Assembly (NCBI GenBank): GCA_048885535.1
Contig: JBHLLO010000010.1
Coordinates: 4,741 to 68,740, forward strand
Direction of reading: 5' to 3'
DNA from: Candidatus Hermodarchaeota archaeon
GTDB lineage: Archaea; Asgardarchaeota; Lokiarchaeia; Sigyniarchaeales; SOKP01
Length of the DNA stretch: 64,000 nt
The notes beneath the pieces are model-generated. The model ran no database searches, was not told the DNA's origin, and saw only the letters and a list, made by a program, of their open reading frames with translations. Within the stretch, counting starts at the first letter, position 1, and every line of letters begins with the position of its first letter. Positions 47,281-56,980 of the stretch are shown piece after piece. Both the position numbers and the translations under genes were made by a program.

Positions 47281-48348
47281 ATGAACCAGTTTCCCTTATA
47301 TGATGATGTTGGAAGTTTCCCTTTGCCAGAGAATTTAGATAAAGAAGCTTTTCACAAGTTCTATTGGATTGGGTATAAAGCACTTGTTAGAAATAGTGAC
47401 ATCTACGCGAATAAGGGAATCCAAATTTATTTTATTGAGCCCATGCTTAAGTCATTTGAATTAAAGGTAAAATCAGGAGTTGAAATTATTAATTATCCAC
47501 AGCATATGAACATGTATACTCAATTTTTACAGCCAATATCCGATTTTGCTATAGAGCCAAACCTAATTGATGCGAAAAAGGCTCTTATTCCTGAAGTTTT
47601 TATAATCGAAAAATTTGCTAAAAAATATTATGAAGAAACTGGAAGTACCCTCCAAATTAAATTATGTATAACAGGACCTTTAGATCTCTACATCAAGCAG
47701 TTTAAGTTTTCAATTTATCCTGATATGGTATTAAACTTTGCAAAATCTATTAATTACTTTTTAAAAAACTCGCTACGGTATAATAAATATCTTAAATCTT
47801 CTATAATCTCAATTGATGAGCCTTCTTTTGGCTATGTCGATATTGTCAACATTACTGAAGATGAATTAATCAAAATATACGATAGATCTTTAGAAGGAAT
47901 TAAAACGGAGAAAAATATTACTCAAATGCATATTCATACCCTTAATAGGGCTGATATTCCACTTCAAACTAAAAATCTTGATACTATAACCTGTGAATAT
48001 GCATCAAATAAATCTAATAAAATTTCAAAAAAACTTCTAGAAGAATATGATAAATTTATTCGCGTTGGAATTACAAGAACAAATGTCGATAATATAATCG
48101 CTGAAAAAATAGATCTTGGTGCTAGCTGGGAAGGTTTAAATACTTTAGATGGTACATTGAGTTTAATTGATTCAGAAGAAACAATTAAAAGGAATCTTCT
48201 AGATGCTATCGAACATTATGGAGAAAGATTAAGATTTGTCGGACCTGATTGCGGATTAGGTGGCTGGCGTTTTCCAGAAGTAGCCTTTGAGCTTTTAAGA
48301 CGTACTAAAAAAGTTATTGATGATGTGAAAAGAGAAATAAAACTATAA
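47281..48348 (+). CDS. MetE-like protein (cobalamin-independent methionine synthase catalytic-domain family)
   Basis: N-terminal VGSFPLP and C-terminal VGPDCGLGGW motifs resemble short archaeal MetE proteins. The central metal-ligand region reads MHIHTL rather than His-x-Cys. Confidence 0.55.
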   Translation: MNQFPLYDDVGSFPLPENLDKEAFHKFYWIGYKALVRNSDIYANKGIQIYFIEPMLKSFELKVKSGVEIINYPQHMNMYTQFLQPISDFAIEPNLIDAKKALIPEVFIIEKFAKKYYEETGSTLQIKLCITGPLDLYIKQFKFSIYPDMVLNFAKSINYFLKNSLRYNKYLKSSIISIDEPSFGYVDIVNITEDELIKIYDRSLEGIKTEKNITQMHIHTLNRADIPLQTKNLDTITCEYASNKSNKISKKLLEEYDKFIRVGITRTNVDNIIAEKIDLGASWEGLNTLDGTLSLIDSEETIKRNLLDAIEHYGERLRFVGPDCGLGGWRFPEVAFELLRRTKKVIDDVKREIKL

Positions 48349-48358
48349 AAGTTTTTAA

Positions 48359-49786
48359 TTAGGCATCCTTAAAAGTGGGAACCCTATTTTGCCAGGGTGC
48401 AATTTCCTCGTAAATTAGGGAAGCTTGAAGCACAGATAAATCATCAAGTCTTCTTCCTATAATTTGCATGCCAATAGGTAAACCACTTTTTGACCATCCA
48501 ACCGGGATTGAAGCAACAGGATGTCCACTCATATTAAATGGATAAGTAAAAGGTATCCATTCCAGTGGTGAAATTTCTTTATCGTTTATTCTTTCTGGAG
48601 AAGATTTATTTAATTCAAAAGGAAGGCAAGCCGTTGTTGGAGTGATTAATACATCAAATTTATTCAGAGTCTTACAAATTTCTTCGTATATCCTTTCTCG
48701 TTGTAATTCTGCTGTAATAACATCTTGAACTGTGAAACTTAAGCCAATTTCAATAGTACGTCGCAACTCAGGGTCAATTTTATTCTCAAACTCTTTTAAA
48801 TACGATTTCAAAGCATATGCATATCCTACATTCCAAAGAATCCACATAGCTGATTCAGCATTTTTAAGACTAATATTTGATGGTTCAATTCGGTACCCTA
48901 AATCTTCGAAATTTTGAATCCCTGTTAACACCTTCTCTTTTACTTCAGTATCTATTACTTTAACAAAACCTAAATCTAATGAGTATCCAATTTTTAATTT
49001 TTTAGGTGTGTTTTCCACCTTCTCAGAATAACTAAACTTTTCTTTCGGCAATGAATACCTGTCGGAATCATCTTCTCCGCTAATCACATCCATCACTATT
49101 GCAGCATCTCTCACATATCTTACAATTGGTCCAATATGGACTAAACTACCTGTATTTCCAAAAAATCTTAATGTGTCTTGAGGAATTCGCCCAAAAGTAG
49201 GTTTAAATCCAAAAACTCCACAAAAACTACTAGGAATCCTTACAGATCCTCCTCCATCAGATCCTATGGCTAATGTGGACATACCAGAAGCTATAGCAAC
49301 AGCAGATCCTCCACTTGATCCTCCAGGTGTTTTCTCTAAATTCCAAGGGTTTTTTGTGGTTCCAAAAATTAAGTTATCAGTTACCCCTTTGAATCCTTGC
49401 TCAGGCATATTTGTCTTTCCAAGGATTACAACTCCAGCATCTCGAAGTCTTTTTACAATGATTTCATCGCTTTTAGGAAAGTAATTCTCGAAAATCTTGC
49501 TCCCAAAGGTGGTTCGAATATTTTTAACTTCAATATCATCTTTTAAAGCAGTCGGTATCCCCTCTAGAACTCCCAGAGGTTCGTTTTTATTTATTTTTCT
49601 ATCTATCTCCTTTGCTTTTTCTCTAGCTAAATCAAAAGTTAGTGTACAATAAGATTTTAAAATCGGATCTAATTTCTCAATTCTACTAATAAATCTTTCA
49701 ATTATCTCTTCTGCAGTGATTGTTTGGCTTCTTATTATATTAGACAATTCAACGGCAGAAATGTAAAAGATGTCATTTTTATTCAC
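48359..49786 (-). CDS. amidase-signature family amidase (GatA-like)
   Basis: GGSSGGSAVAIASG signature with the upstream catalytic Lys context (ALKDDI). 475 aa. Confidence 0.85.
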   Translation of the reverse strand: MNKNDIFYISAVELSNIIRSQTITAEEIIERFISRIEKLDPILKSYCTLTFDLAREKAKEIDRKINKNEPLGVLEGIPTALKDDIEVKNIRTTFGSKIFENYFPKSDEIIVKRLRDAGVVILGKTNMPEQGFKGVTDNLIFGTTKNPWNLEKTPGGSSGGSAVAIASGMSTLAIGSDGGGSVRIPSSFCGVFGFKPTFGRIPQDTLRFFGNTGSLVHIGPIVRYVRDAAIVMDVISGEDDSDRYSLPKEKFSYSEKVENTPKKLKIGYSLDLGFVKVIDTEVKEKVLTGIQNFEDLGYRIEPSNISLKNAESAMWILWNVGYAYALKSYLKEFENKIDPELRRTIEIGLSFTVQDVITAELQRERIYEEICKTLNKFDVLITPTTACLPFELNKSSPERINDKEISPLEWIPFTYPFNMSGHPVASIPVGWSKSGLPIGMQIIGRRLDDLSVLQASLIYEEIAPWQNRVPTFKDA

Positions 49787-49955
49787 AAATGATTCCCTCC
49801 CGCTTATATATCAATATATTCCTCTTTTCTTATTTTATTAGAGGTTAATTATATTAGTATTTAAAATTTCTCTCCATTCAAAATCCCAAGAATAAAAAAT
49901 TATACTTTAGCTTTTTTACTAGCTTTAAAAACTGTTTTTTAGACTGGAGCAATTA

Positions 49956-49965
49956 TTTTTTAAAA
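49956..49965 (+). promoter_or_regulatory. TATA-like element (TTTTTAAAAC) upstream of hsp20
   Basis: AT-rich TTTAAA-type box about 70 bp upstream of the hsp20 ATG. Position-based inference only. Confidence 0.3.
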
Positions 49966-49970
49966 CCGAA

Positions 49971-49984
49971 ACATTAATTAATGT
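49971..49984. promoter_or_regulatory. perfect 14-bp palindrome ACATTAATTAATGT, candidate operator of the hsp20-cdc48 operon
   Basis: Perfect dyad 6 nt downstream of the TATA-like box and 47 nt upstream of the hsp20 ATG. This is the position typical of archaeal repressor sites. Confidence 0.3.
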
Positions 49985-50030
49985 AAAGCAACATTTGTAA
50001 ATTAGAACTTGACAGAAAATTGGTGATTTT

Positions 50031-50642
50031 ATGTCTGATGATTATGATGAATATGATGATTTTTTTGAGATAATAAAGAAATATTTAGGTATAAATACAG
50101 ATATGTTTGATGTTGATTTTTTATTCTTACCTGAAATAGGTTCAGATCCTCAAAGCAAAGAAGGTGCAGGTTTTAAGGTCACGTACCATTTTGAAGCGGG
50201 TATGGATAGACCTGAGGTGAGGATTGAAGGAGATTTTGATGAAAAAAAACTTCAAGATTATTTTGAAAGAATTAATTATTCGAATTATCCTAATTTTAAA
50301 GTAATATCGCAAAAAATAAATAAAAAAGAAATTGATGTAAAAGAGTTGCAATTAGATTCGGTCGATAATAAATCTAAGGCTATTGAACCTTTTACAGAAA
50401 TAATTGAATGCACAGATCACATTAAAATAATTATAGAAGCCCCAGGAGTAGATAAAAGTCAACTCTTGTTAAGCCTTAGTGAAGATGGAAGAAGCCTTAG
50501 AATTAACGCGAAGAGCCAATTTCGAAAGTTCCTTAAAACAATTCATCTTCCTTTTAAATGTTCCTTAGATAATTATAATCTAGAGATAAAAAACGGTATT
50601 ATTACTTTAAAGTTAAATAAATTAATTATTAAGAGAGGATAG
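50031..50642 (+). CDS. Hsp20/alpha-crystallin-family small heat-shock protein with acidic N-terminal extension
   Basis: Alpha-crystallin-domain pattern: [20 protein letters not shown]...LRINA...IHLPF...[10 protein letters not shown]. Confidence 0.7.
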   Translation: MSDDYDEYDDFFEIIKKYLGINTDMFDVDFLFLPEIGSDPQSKEGAGFKVTYHFEAGMDRPEVRIEGDFDEKKLQDYFERINYSNYPNFKVISQKINKKEIDVKELQLDSVDNKSKAIEPFTEIIECTDHIKIIIEAPGVDKSQLLLSLSEDGRSLRINAKSQFRKFLKTIHLPFKCSLDNYNLEIKNGIITLKLNKLIIKRG

Positions 50643-50647
50643 AGGAT

Positions 50648-52978
50648 ATGAGTAGTATAACTGGTGAAGACAGAAGGCGGTTTAAACAGGTTAGAGTAAA
50701 AGATGCACTAAAACAAGACGTAGGGAAAGGATTTATAAGGATAGATTCAGATATAGTAAAGGAACTGGACATTCATCCCGGAGATGTTATTGAAATTGTC
50801 CATCCATCAACGAACAAACGCACAGCTGCAATATTTTGGAGCGAAATTAAAGAAGGGACTGAAGTAATTAGAATTGATTCTTCGATTAGAAGAAATCTAA
50901 ATACTTCTATTGATGATATAGTTAGAATTGCTAAGATAGAAGCTAGTATTGCTGAAAGAGTCACTTTTGCCGGTTTAGAAGAGGCAATTATTTTAAGAAA
51001 TACCCAGCAATTAGCAGAAAAATTAGAGAATCGAGTAATTACTAAAGGTGATATCCTAAGTTTTTATGCGATGGGCGGAAGAGTAAATTTAGTTGTTATT
51101 GATTATTCACCAAAAGCGGAAGCTGTTATAATAAATGTTCAAACAAAGATTATATTGTCTCCCAAGAGTCATAAAGAGTTGGAAGAATTAGAAAGATCAC
51201 GGGTTACATATGAGGACATTGGAGGTTTAGAGGATGAGATTCAAAGGATTCGTGAAATGATTGAATTACCTATAAGACATCCTGAATTATTTAAAAGAAT
51301 AGGGATTGAACCTCCAAAAGGAGTTTTATTACACGGACCACCTGGTACAGGAAAAACATTATTAGCTCGAGCAGTAGCTTATGAAACTGATGCTCATTTT
51401 ATTACTATCAGCGGACCTGAAATAATGAGTAAATTTTATGGTCAAAGTGAGGAAAATTTAAGGAAGAAGTTTGAGGAAGCTAAAGAAATGGCTCCTGCTA
51501 TAATATTTATAGATGAATTAGATTCAATTGCACCAAAAAGGGGAGAAGTAACTGGAGAAGTAGAAAGAAGAGTGGTAGCTCAATTATTATCATTATTAGA
51601 TGGCTTGGAGAGAAGGGGTGAAGTTATAGTGATTGGAGCCACTAATAGAGTCAATGACATAGATCCTGCATTAAGGAGACCTGGTAGATTTGATCGTGAG
51701 ATTGAAATTGGAGTGCCTGATACTGATGGTAGACACGAGATATTATTAATTCATACTCGTGGAATGCCATTAAATGAAGATATTGATTTGAAATTAATAG
51801 CAGAAAGAACTCATGGATTTGTTGGTGCTGATGTTGAAGCATTATGTAAGGAGGCAGCAATGTTAGCAATTAGAGAAATCTTACCTAAATTTGATTTTGA
51901 TAAGCCTATTCCTGTAGAGATATTAGAGCAACTTCAGATAAAAATGGAGAACTTTCTTCAAGCCTTAAATAGTATTGAGCCTTCTGCTTTAAGAGAAGTC
52001 TTAATCCAACAGCCAAGAGAAACTTGGGATGATGTGGGAGGATTAGAAGATGCTAAACTTCAACTAAGAGAAGTAATTGAATGGCCCTTAAAATATCCTG
52101 AATTATATAAACACTTGAATTCTAGACCCCCAAATGGAATACTACTATTTGGGCCTCCCGGTACTGGTAAAACTTTATTGGCTAGGGCTTTAGCTCATGA
52201 AAGTGAAGTAAATTTCATTTCAGTGAAGGGTCCCGAGTTTTTATCAAAATGGGTCGGTGAGAGCGAAAAAGCCGTTAGAGAAACGTTTAGAAAAGCTAGA
52301 GCAGCAGCTCCATGTATCATATTTTTTGATGAAATCGATGCAATAGCAGGATTGAGAGGTAGATTTGCAAGTTCAGAGGTAACTGAGCAAGTAGTCTCTC
52401 AATTATTGACTGAAATGGACGGTTTGGAAGATTTAAAGGACGTTATTTTGGTAGCCGCAACCAATCGACCTGAGCTTCTAGATCCTGCATTATTACGTTC
52501 GGGTAGATTTGGAAGACATATTGAGATTCCCATTCCAGATTTAGAAAGTCGAAAAGAAATTTTTAAAATCCATCTAAAAAATAAACCTTTAGCTGATGGT
52601 ATAAATATCAATAAATTAGCAGAAGCACTAGAAGGATATACTGGTGCTGACATACAGGCAATATGTGAGGAAGCTACATTATTAACAATAAGGAATGCAG
52701 TTCCATCCATCAATGAGAAGAAACAAAAAATTCAAGACTATACTAATCAATTAAAGCTGTTAGAAGAGGAACAATCAATAAACATTAATATTAATCTCGA
52801 AAAAGAAATTAAAGATTTGAAAGCTAAAATAGAAAAGATAAAATCCCAATTGGTTGATAACATTTCTCTTACAAAGGAGGACTTTGATCTTGCGATGGCA
52901 AAAATTCTTAAAGGAGCAGATCGCGCGAGAATGGCTCACGATAAGTATGCTAAAGAAGCTGAAGGCTTATATAGATAA
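50648..52978 (+). CDS. cdc48: Cdc48/VCP-like AAA+ ATPase (two AAA domains, N-terminal double-psi barrel domain)
   Basis: Two Walker A motifs (GPPGTGKT twice) and two Walker B motifs ([16 protein letters not shown]). N-domain pattern present. The C-terminus ends in LYR (HbYX-like). Confidence 0.95.
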   Translation: MSSITGEDRRRFKQVRVKDALKQDVGKGFIRIDSDIVKELDIHPGDVIEIVHPSTNKRTAAIFWSEIKEGTEVIRIDSSIRRNLNTSIDDIVRIAKIEASIAERVTFAGLEEAIILRNTQQLAEKLENRVITKGDILSFYAMGGRVNLVVIDYSPKAEAVIINVQTKIILSPKSHKELEELERSRVTYEDIGGLEDEIQRIREMIELPIRHPELFKRIGIEPPKGVLLHGPPGTGKTLLARAVAYETDAHFITISGPEIMSKFYGQSEENLRKKFEEAKEMAPAIIFIDELDSIAPKRGEVTGEVERRVVAQLLSLLDGLERRGEVIVIGATNRVNDIDPALRRPGRFDREIEIGVPDTDGRHEILLIHTRGMPLNEDIDLKLIAERTHGFVGADVEALCKEAAMLAIREILPKFDFDKPIPVEILEQLQIKMENFLQALNSIEPSALREVLIQQPRETWDDVGGLEDAKLQLREVIEWPLKYPELYKHLNSRPPNGILLFGPPGTGKTLLARALAHESEVNFISVKGPEFLSKWVGESEKAVRETFRKARAAAPCIIFFDEIDAIAGLRGRFASSEVTEQVVSQLLTEMDGLEDLKDVILVAATNRPELLDPALLRSGRFGRHIEIPIPDLESRKEIFKIHLKNKPLADGININKLAEALEGYTGADIQAICEEATLLTIRNAVPSINEKKQKIQDYTNQLKLLEEEQSINININLEKEIKDLKAKIEKIKSQLVDNISLTKEDFDLAMAKILKGADRARMAHDKYAKEAEGLYR

Positions 52979-53012
52979 TTTTTAATATAAATCATAATGG
53001 TGTGTAATAAAG

Positions 53013-53834
53013 TTGGAAATTGGAAAAAGTGAAAATAATCAAATAATAAGTTTGGATTCTTTATTAGAAATATTAGGGAATCCTACAAGAAGAGCTATAT
53101 TAAACAAATTAGCTAAATTTCCCCACTCAGCACCAGAACTAGCAAGTGCTCTTGGCATTTCTAGACAAGCAGTCCATAGTCAGTTGACACTGCTTCAAGA
53201 AAAAAATATAATTGAACCCCTTGAGGCATCTGAAATACGAGGTGACAAATATCGAATAAAAAGTAATATATCAGTGAATATAGATATAACTCCTGATTAT
53301 TACAATATCAAATATGATACTACTACTTCTGATACAGAATCGGAACTCGTTGAATTCAAAGATATGAACTGTTCAATCAATTATTCTAAAATAAAATCCC
53401 CAAATGATAAAGTAAGATTTTTAAGCGATGAAATTCGAAAAATCGAAAAAAATATGATAGATTTAGAAAGTAAAAGAAAAGGCTTCCTTAATCAAAAAGA
53501 ATGTTTGATTTTAGAGATAAAGGGTTTGATGAGGGGACAATTTAAAGAAAAATTAGAAAAACTACTCAAAGATAAATATGAAGGAAATATTAAAGATAAA
53601 AATTTGAGAGCCAGTTTAAACCTTACTGAGGAAATTTTAACAACAATGTTTTTTAATCCAGAACGTTATTTCAACCGCTTTAATATCAATAGACTAATGG
53701 AAGATTTATTTTTCTCAGATATGGATAAGTATGAACGTGATCGCAGATTTGGTTCCATTCGTCCCATCTTAGAAGAAATTTCGCGATTAATGGGCTTTTT
53801 TCATGAAGATGATGATTGGTTCTTTGATTTTTAA
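53013..53834 (+). CDS. ArsR/Phr-like winged-helix transcriptional regulator with coiled-coil C-terminal half
   Basis: LEILGNPTRRAILNKLAKFPHSAPELASALGISRQAVHSQLTLL is a canonical ArsR-type wHTH. A TTG start is required, because there is no in-frame ATG upstream of the HTH. Confidence 0.6.
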   Translation: MEIGKSENNQIISLDSLLEILGNPTRRAILNKLAKFPHSAPELASALGISRQAVHSQLTLLQEKNIIEPLEASEIRGDKYRIKSNISVNIDITPDYYNIKYDTTTSDTESELVEFKDMNCSINYSKIKSPNDKVRFLSDEIRKIEKNMIDLESKRKGFLNQKECLILEIKGLMRGQFKEKLEKLLKDKYEGNIKDKNLRASLNLTEEILTTMFFNPERYFNRFNINRLMEDLFFSDMDKYERDRRFGSIRPILEEISRLMGFFHEDDDWFFDF

Positions 53835-53856
53835 TTAATTTTTTTTAATATCTAAA

Positions 53857-54369
53857 ATGAGGAAGATAATGAATTTACATGATTTAAAACAAGAAATGCC
53901 TGAGATATTTGAAAAAGTTAAAAAGGATGTTAGGAATGTATTAGGGCTACATAGGGCTGGACTTAGCCTCGGTTTGGTTGAACTGGGGATGTTTAGGGAT
54001 GGTTTTATTGGTGGAATGCATTTTTACCCAGGTACTGAAATAGTCATGAATAAATCTCCATTAAGAATCATTTTGGAAACACATTCTTATGAAATAGTCT
54101 GGGCGTATACATATCATATTCTCTTACATGAATATATTCATTCATTAGGGATAATTGATGAATTTCAATGTAGAATAATAACAATTAAAGTCACTGAAGA
54201 AATTTTCCAAGATTTTGATCATCCTGCCTTAATTATAGCTAAAAATGGAATAGGTACTTTTATTCCTAAATTAAAACTCCTTTACATCCCCCCAGAGAAG
54301 AAACCAGACGACATTCTGATTGAATACGTTTATGGATTTGATAAAGAAAGCCAAACCTATTTTTCCTAA
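53857..54369 (+). CDS. hypothetical protein with HExxH motif (possible small metallopeptidase-like protein)
   Basis: 170-aa ORF. The only motif is LLHEYIHSLG. Confidence 0.35.
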   Translation: MRKIMNLHDLKQEMPEIFEKVKKDVRNVLGLHRAGLSLGLVELGMFRDGFIGGMHFYPGTEIVMNKSPLRIILETHSYEIVWAYTYHILLHEYIHSLGIIDEFQCRIITIKVTEEIFQDFDHPALIIAKNGIGTFIPKLKLLYIPPEKKPDDILIEYVYGFDKESQTYFS

Positions 54370-54482
54370 ACTCTAATTTTAACTATTTTTAATATCCTTT
54401 TTAAATTATAAAATTCATTTTGACAATAATTAAAGTTTTTTTAAATTATTCAATACTATAACATAGATTAAGTTATAAGTAG

Positions 54483-55559
54483 GTGTTATTTCGAATTTCT
54501 AATTCGTCCGTAAATGAAGAAAAAAAGCAAGAAAATATTGAAAAAAGCCTTGAAGTAGACCCAGATCGATTAATCCTTAACTGGAAATATAAGGATGTTA
54601 AGAAAGAACTTACTTATGACATAAAAAAATGTATAGGTTGTAGTTTATGTAAATTAGTTTGTCCAGTAGACGCGATCGAGCTGGGACCAATCCCTGAAAT
54701 TGCTCAAAACATATTAGATGATTCTAATCCAAAACTCTTTATAGATCATAATAAATGTTGTTATTGCATGTTATGTGTGATTGTATGTCCCACTGATGCA
54801 TTTCATGAAAATATTGAACCAGAAGGGCAAATTTCATTAAAAGAATTTCCCACAATTGGTAAATTTTATAAAATTGATATAGATAAGTGTATTGAAGACA
54901 AAAAAAATAAAGTTTGTGAACTCTGCTTAAGTGTTCGTGAAAGGAATGCTATACAAGAATATTTTAGGATAGAGAAAGAATGTCCAACTCATTGCTTTCG
55001 TATAAAATCTCCTATTCAAGGAGATGTAATTATTAAAAAAAATATGTTACATAAATGTGATCCTCAAGGATGTAAAGCTTGCATTAATATTTGTCCAACT
55101 GAATCTTTTTTCATCCCCGAAAAAGCTGAAGATGTACTAAAATACGGGAAAATAGCTTGCGATGAAAAAGAATGCTTTTATTGTGGAGCATGTGTAAATT
55201 CTTGTCCTGATGATTTGATAATTGTAAATAGAAAAGAAATAGAGATAAAAGATCCAAAAAAGAAAGGAAATTACCCTTGGATTCAAGGATGGATTAAAAA
55301 TATCAAAGAAATATTAAGAAAAAAGTTAATTGAAGGAAAACAGCAGATCGAAATACCTTTAATTGAACAAGAAATTAAGGAAGTAAAAGATAGAGTCGAA
55401 GAGACAATTCCACAATTATCAAAAGAAGATAAAGAACGATTATCTGAATTAAATGAGAAAATTCAAAATTTATTGAAATCATCTAAAATAAGATATTGGA
55501 TTAAAGATAAAAAATCTGAAAAAATTTCGAAAGAATTAAAAAAAATCCTAAATCAATAA
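54483..55559 (+). CDS. polyferredoxin-like protein (four to five 4Fe-4S binding motifs) with Lys/Glu-rich C-terminal tail
   Basis: Cluster motifs CIGCSLCKLVCP, CCYCMLCVIVCP, CDPQGCKACINICP and CFYCGACVNSCP, plus a degenerate CELC...CP. A GTG start is required, because the first in-frame ATG lies inside the second cluster motif. Confidence 0.7.
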   Translation: MLFRISNSSVNEEKKQENIEKSLEVDPDRLILNWKYKDVKKELTYDIKKCIGCSLCKLVCPVDAIELGPIPEIAQNILDDSNPKLFIDHNKCCYCMLCVIVCPTDAFHENIEPEGQISLKEFPTIGKFYKIDIDKCIEDKKNKVCELCLSVRERNAIQEYFRIEKECPTHCFRIKSPIQGDVIIKKNMLHKCDPQGCKACINICPTESFFIPEKAEDVLKYGKIACDEKECFYCGACVNSCPDDLIIVNRKEIEIKDPKKKGNYPWIQGWIKNIKEILRKKLIEGKQQIEIPLIEQEIKEVKDRVEETIPQLSKEDKERLSELNEKIQNLLKSSKIRYWIKDKKSEKISKELKKILNQ

Positions 55560-55582
55560 ATTTATCCTTTCAAACTATATGG

Positions 55583-56140
55583 ATGTTATATATGACATTT
55601 GATTTCTTTATAAATTGGCCTTCTCCTAAAATAACAAAAATATTGCTGATTTTTAGCATTATATTATTACTTGTTGTATACCCCATTTTAATGTACCTTT
55701 TTGCAATTTCTAATTATCCTGTAAGCTTTTTTGAAAGCCAACTATCATTTAGTGGAGGGATAATCAAATCACATTATGCAACGATGACTTTTATTGAGAT
55801 AAATCTATACATTGTTGCAAATATACTAGATTATGGATTTATGTTATCCTATGGATTATTAATTTTCTCTCTTGCACTTATTTTAAGCAGAAAATTCGAA
55901 CCAAATACTTTATGGAGAAAAATAGGATTTACAATAGCAGTTTTTGGAATTCTCGCAGCATTTTGTGATGGAATTGAAAATATATTCATTCTTTTAATGG
56001 CAAATGACCCAATAGGATTTCCTGATATGTGGGCAGTAAGTCATTCTTTTTTTGCTTTGATTAAGTACATTTTAATGCTAATAGCAATCAGCTGGTTGAT
56101 CATAGCAGGAGTCGTTAGAATAATTAGGAAAAAAAAATAA
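55583..56140 (+). CDS. hypothetical membrane protein
   Basis: Five hydrophobic segments. The start may be the second ATG at 55592. Confidence 0.35.
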   Translation: MLYMTFDFFINWPSPKITKILLIFSIILLLVVYPILMYLFAISNYPVSFFESQLSFSGGIIKSHYATMTFIEINLYIVANILDYGFMLSYGLLIFSLALILSRKFEPNTLWRKIGFTIAVFGILAAFCDGIENIFILLMANDPIGFPDMWAVSHSFFALIKYILMLIAISWLIIAGVVRIIRKKK

Positions 56141-56218
56141 CACTTTAATCCTCCTTAGAATTGTTTTTGCTGTTATAATTTAAATTATACGATGATAATT
56201 AGAACCAGATTATTACAC

Positions 56219-56980
56219 TTAGGATAAAAATAATCGTTTTGAAATCAGTAGTGAAATTATACTAGGAATAAACATTAGTGGTAAAATGATAACAAATAAA
56301 TTGAGTGATATTGCTATGTCAGGATTTAGTGTAAATATAATAAAAATTAAAGGCAGGAATAACCAGAAGATAAATAATCTCCATTTAGGCTTTAATCTTA
56401 TTATTGGTTTAAATAATGAATTAAAATTGAAGGAAATCAAGAAATAACAAACAACTAAAGCAATAAAGCCAGGAATTAAAAAGACCCAATTTGAAATGCC
56501 AGTATAAATTGTTATTAGCCTAATATCACCAAAATTTAAAAAGCTCCCGATCAAAAGGTATCCTGTCGAATTCATAAATGCCCAAAATCCATACCAGAAT
56601 AAAACATGAAGTAAAACGAACATTATACTTGATTTTATTGCTCTTTTTCTTACGATATAGTATATAGCAATATGACAAGAAACTGCAGCTATAAGGCAAG
56701 TAAGAATCCCGCCACCTGCCATTAACGCCCTAGCAATATTGCTTGCTCCTATAGGAAATGACACGATAGCATATCCAAACTCTAGCGGCCAAATCCAAGA
56801 CACATAATAACTTATCGGCTGACCTCCTACCAAAAAGCCTATTCCAAGGTGACCCAAAAATTCATGAGTCCATTCTGAAATAAATTTCATTAAAAAGGAA
56901 ATTAGAACAGCACTAATAAAGCAAAATATTAATTTTCTCGATTTTGTTTTAAACAATGCTTCAACAGATGTCATCTTCAT
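56219..56980 (-). CDS. hypothetical polytopic membrane protein with HEFLGH motif
   Basis: 7-8 TM segments. The WTHEFLGH motif at the end of TM1 is reminiscent of membrane metalloproteases, but its spacing (HExxxH) is not canonical. Confidence 0.35.
   Translation of the reverse strand: MKMTSVEALFKTKSRKLIFCFISAVLISFLMKFISEWTHEFLGHLGIGFLVGGQPISYYVSWIWPLEFGYAIVSFPIGASNIARALMAGGGILTCLIAAVSCHIAIYYIVRKRAIKSSIMFVLLHVLFWYGFWAFMNSTGYLLIGSFLNFGDIRLITIYTGISNWVFLIPGFIALVVCYFLISFNFNSLFKPIIRLKPKWRLFIFWLFLPLIFIIFTLNPDIAISLNLFVIILPLMFIPSIISLLISKRLFLS

Noticed and set aside
50773-52713. Three minus-strand ORFs (50773-50964, 51651-51869, 52399-52713) inside cdc48
   Set aside because: All are antisense to an unambiguous Cdc48 gene and have no motifs.
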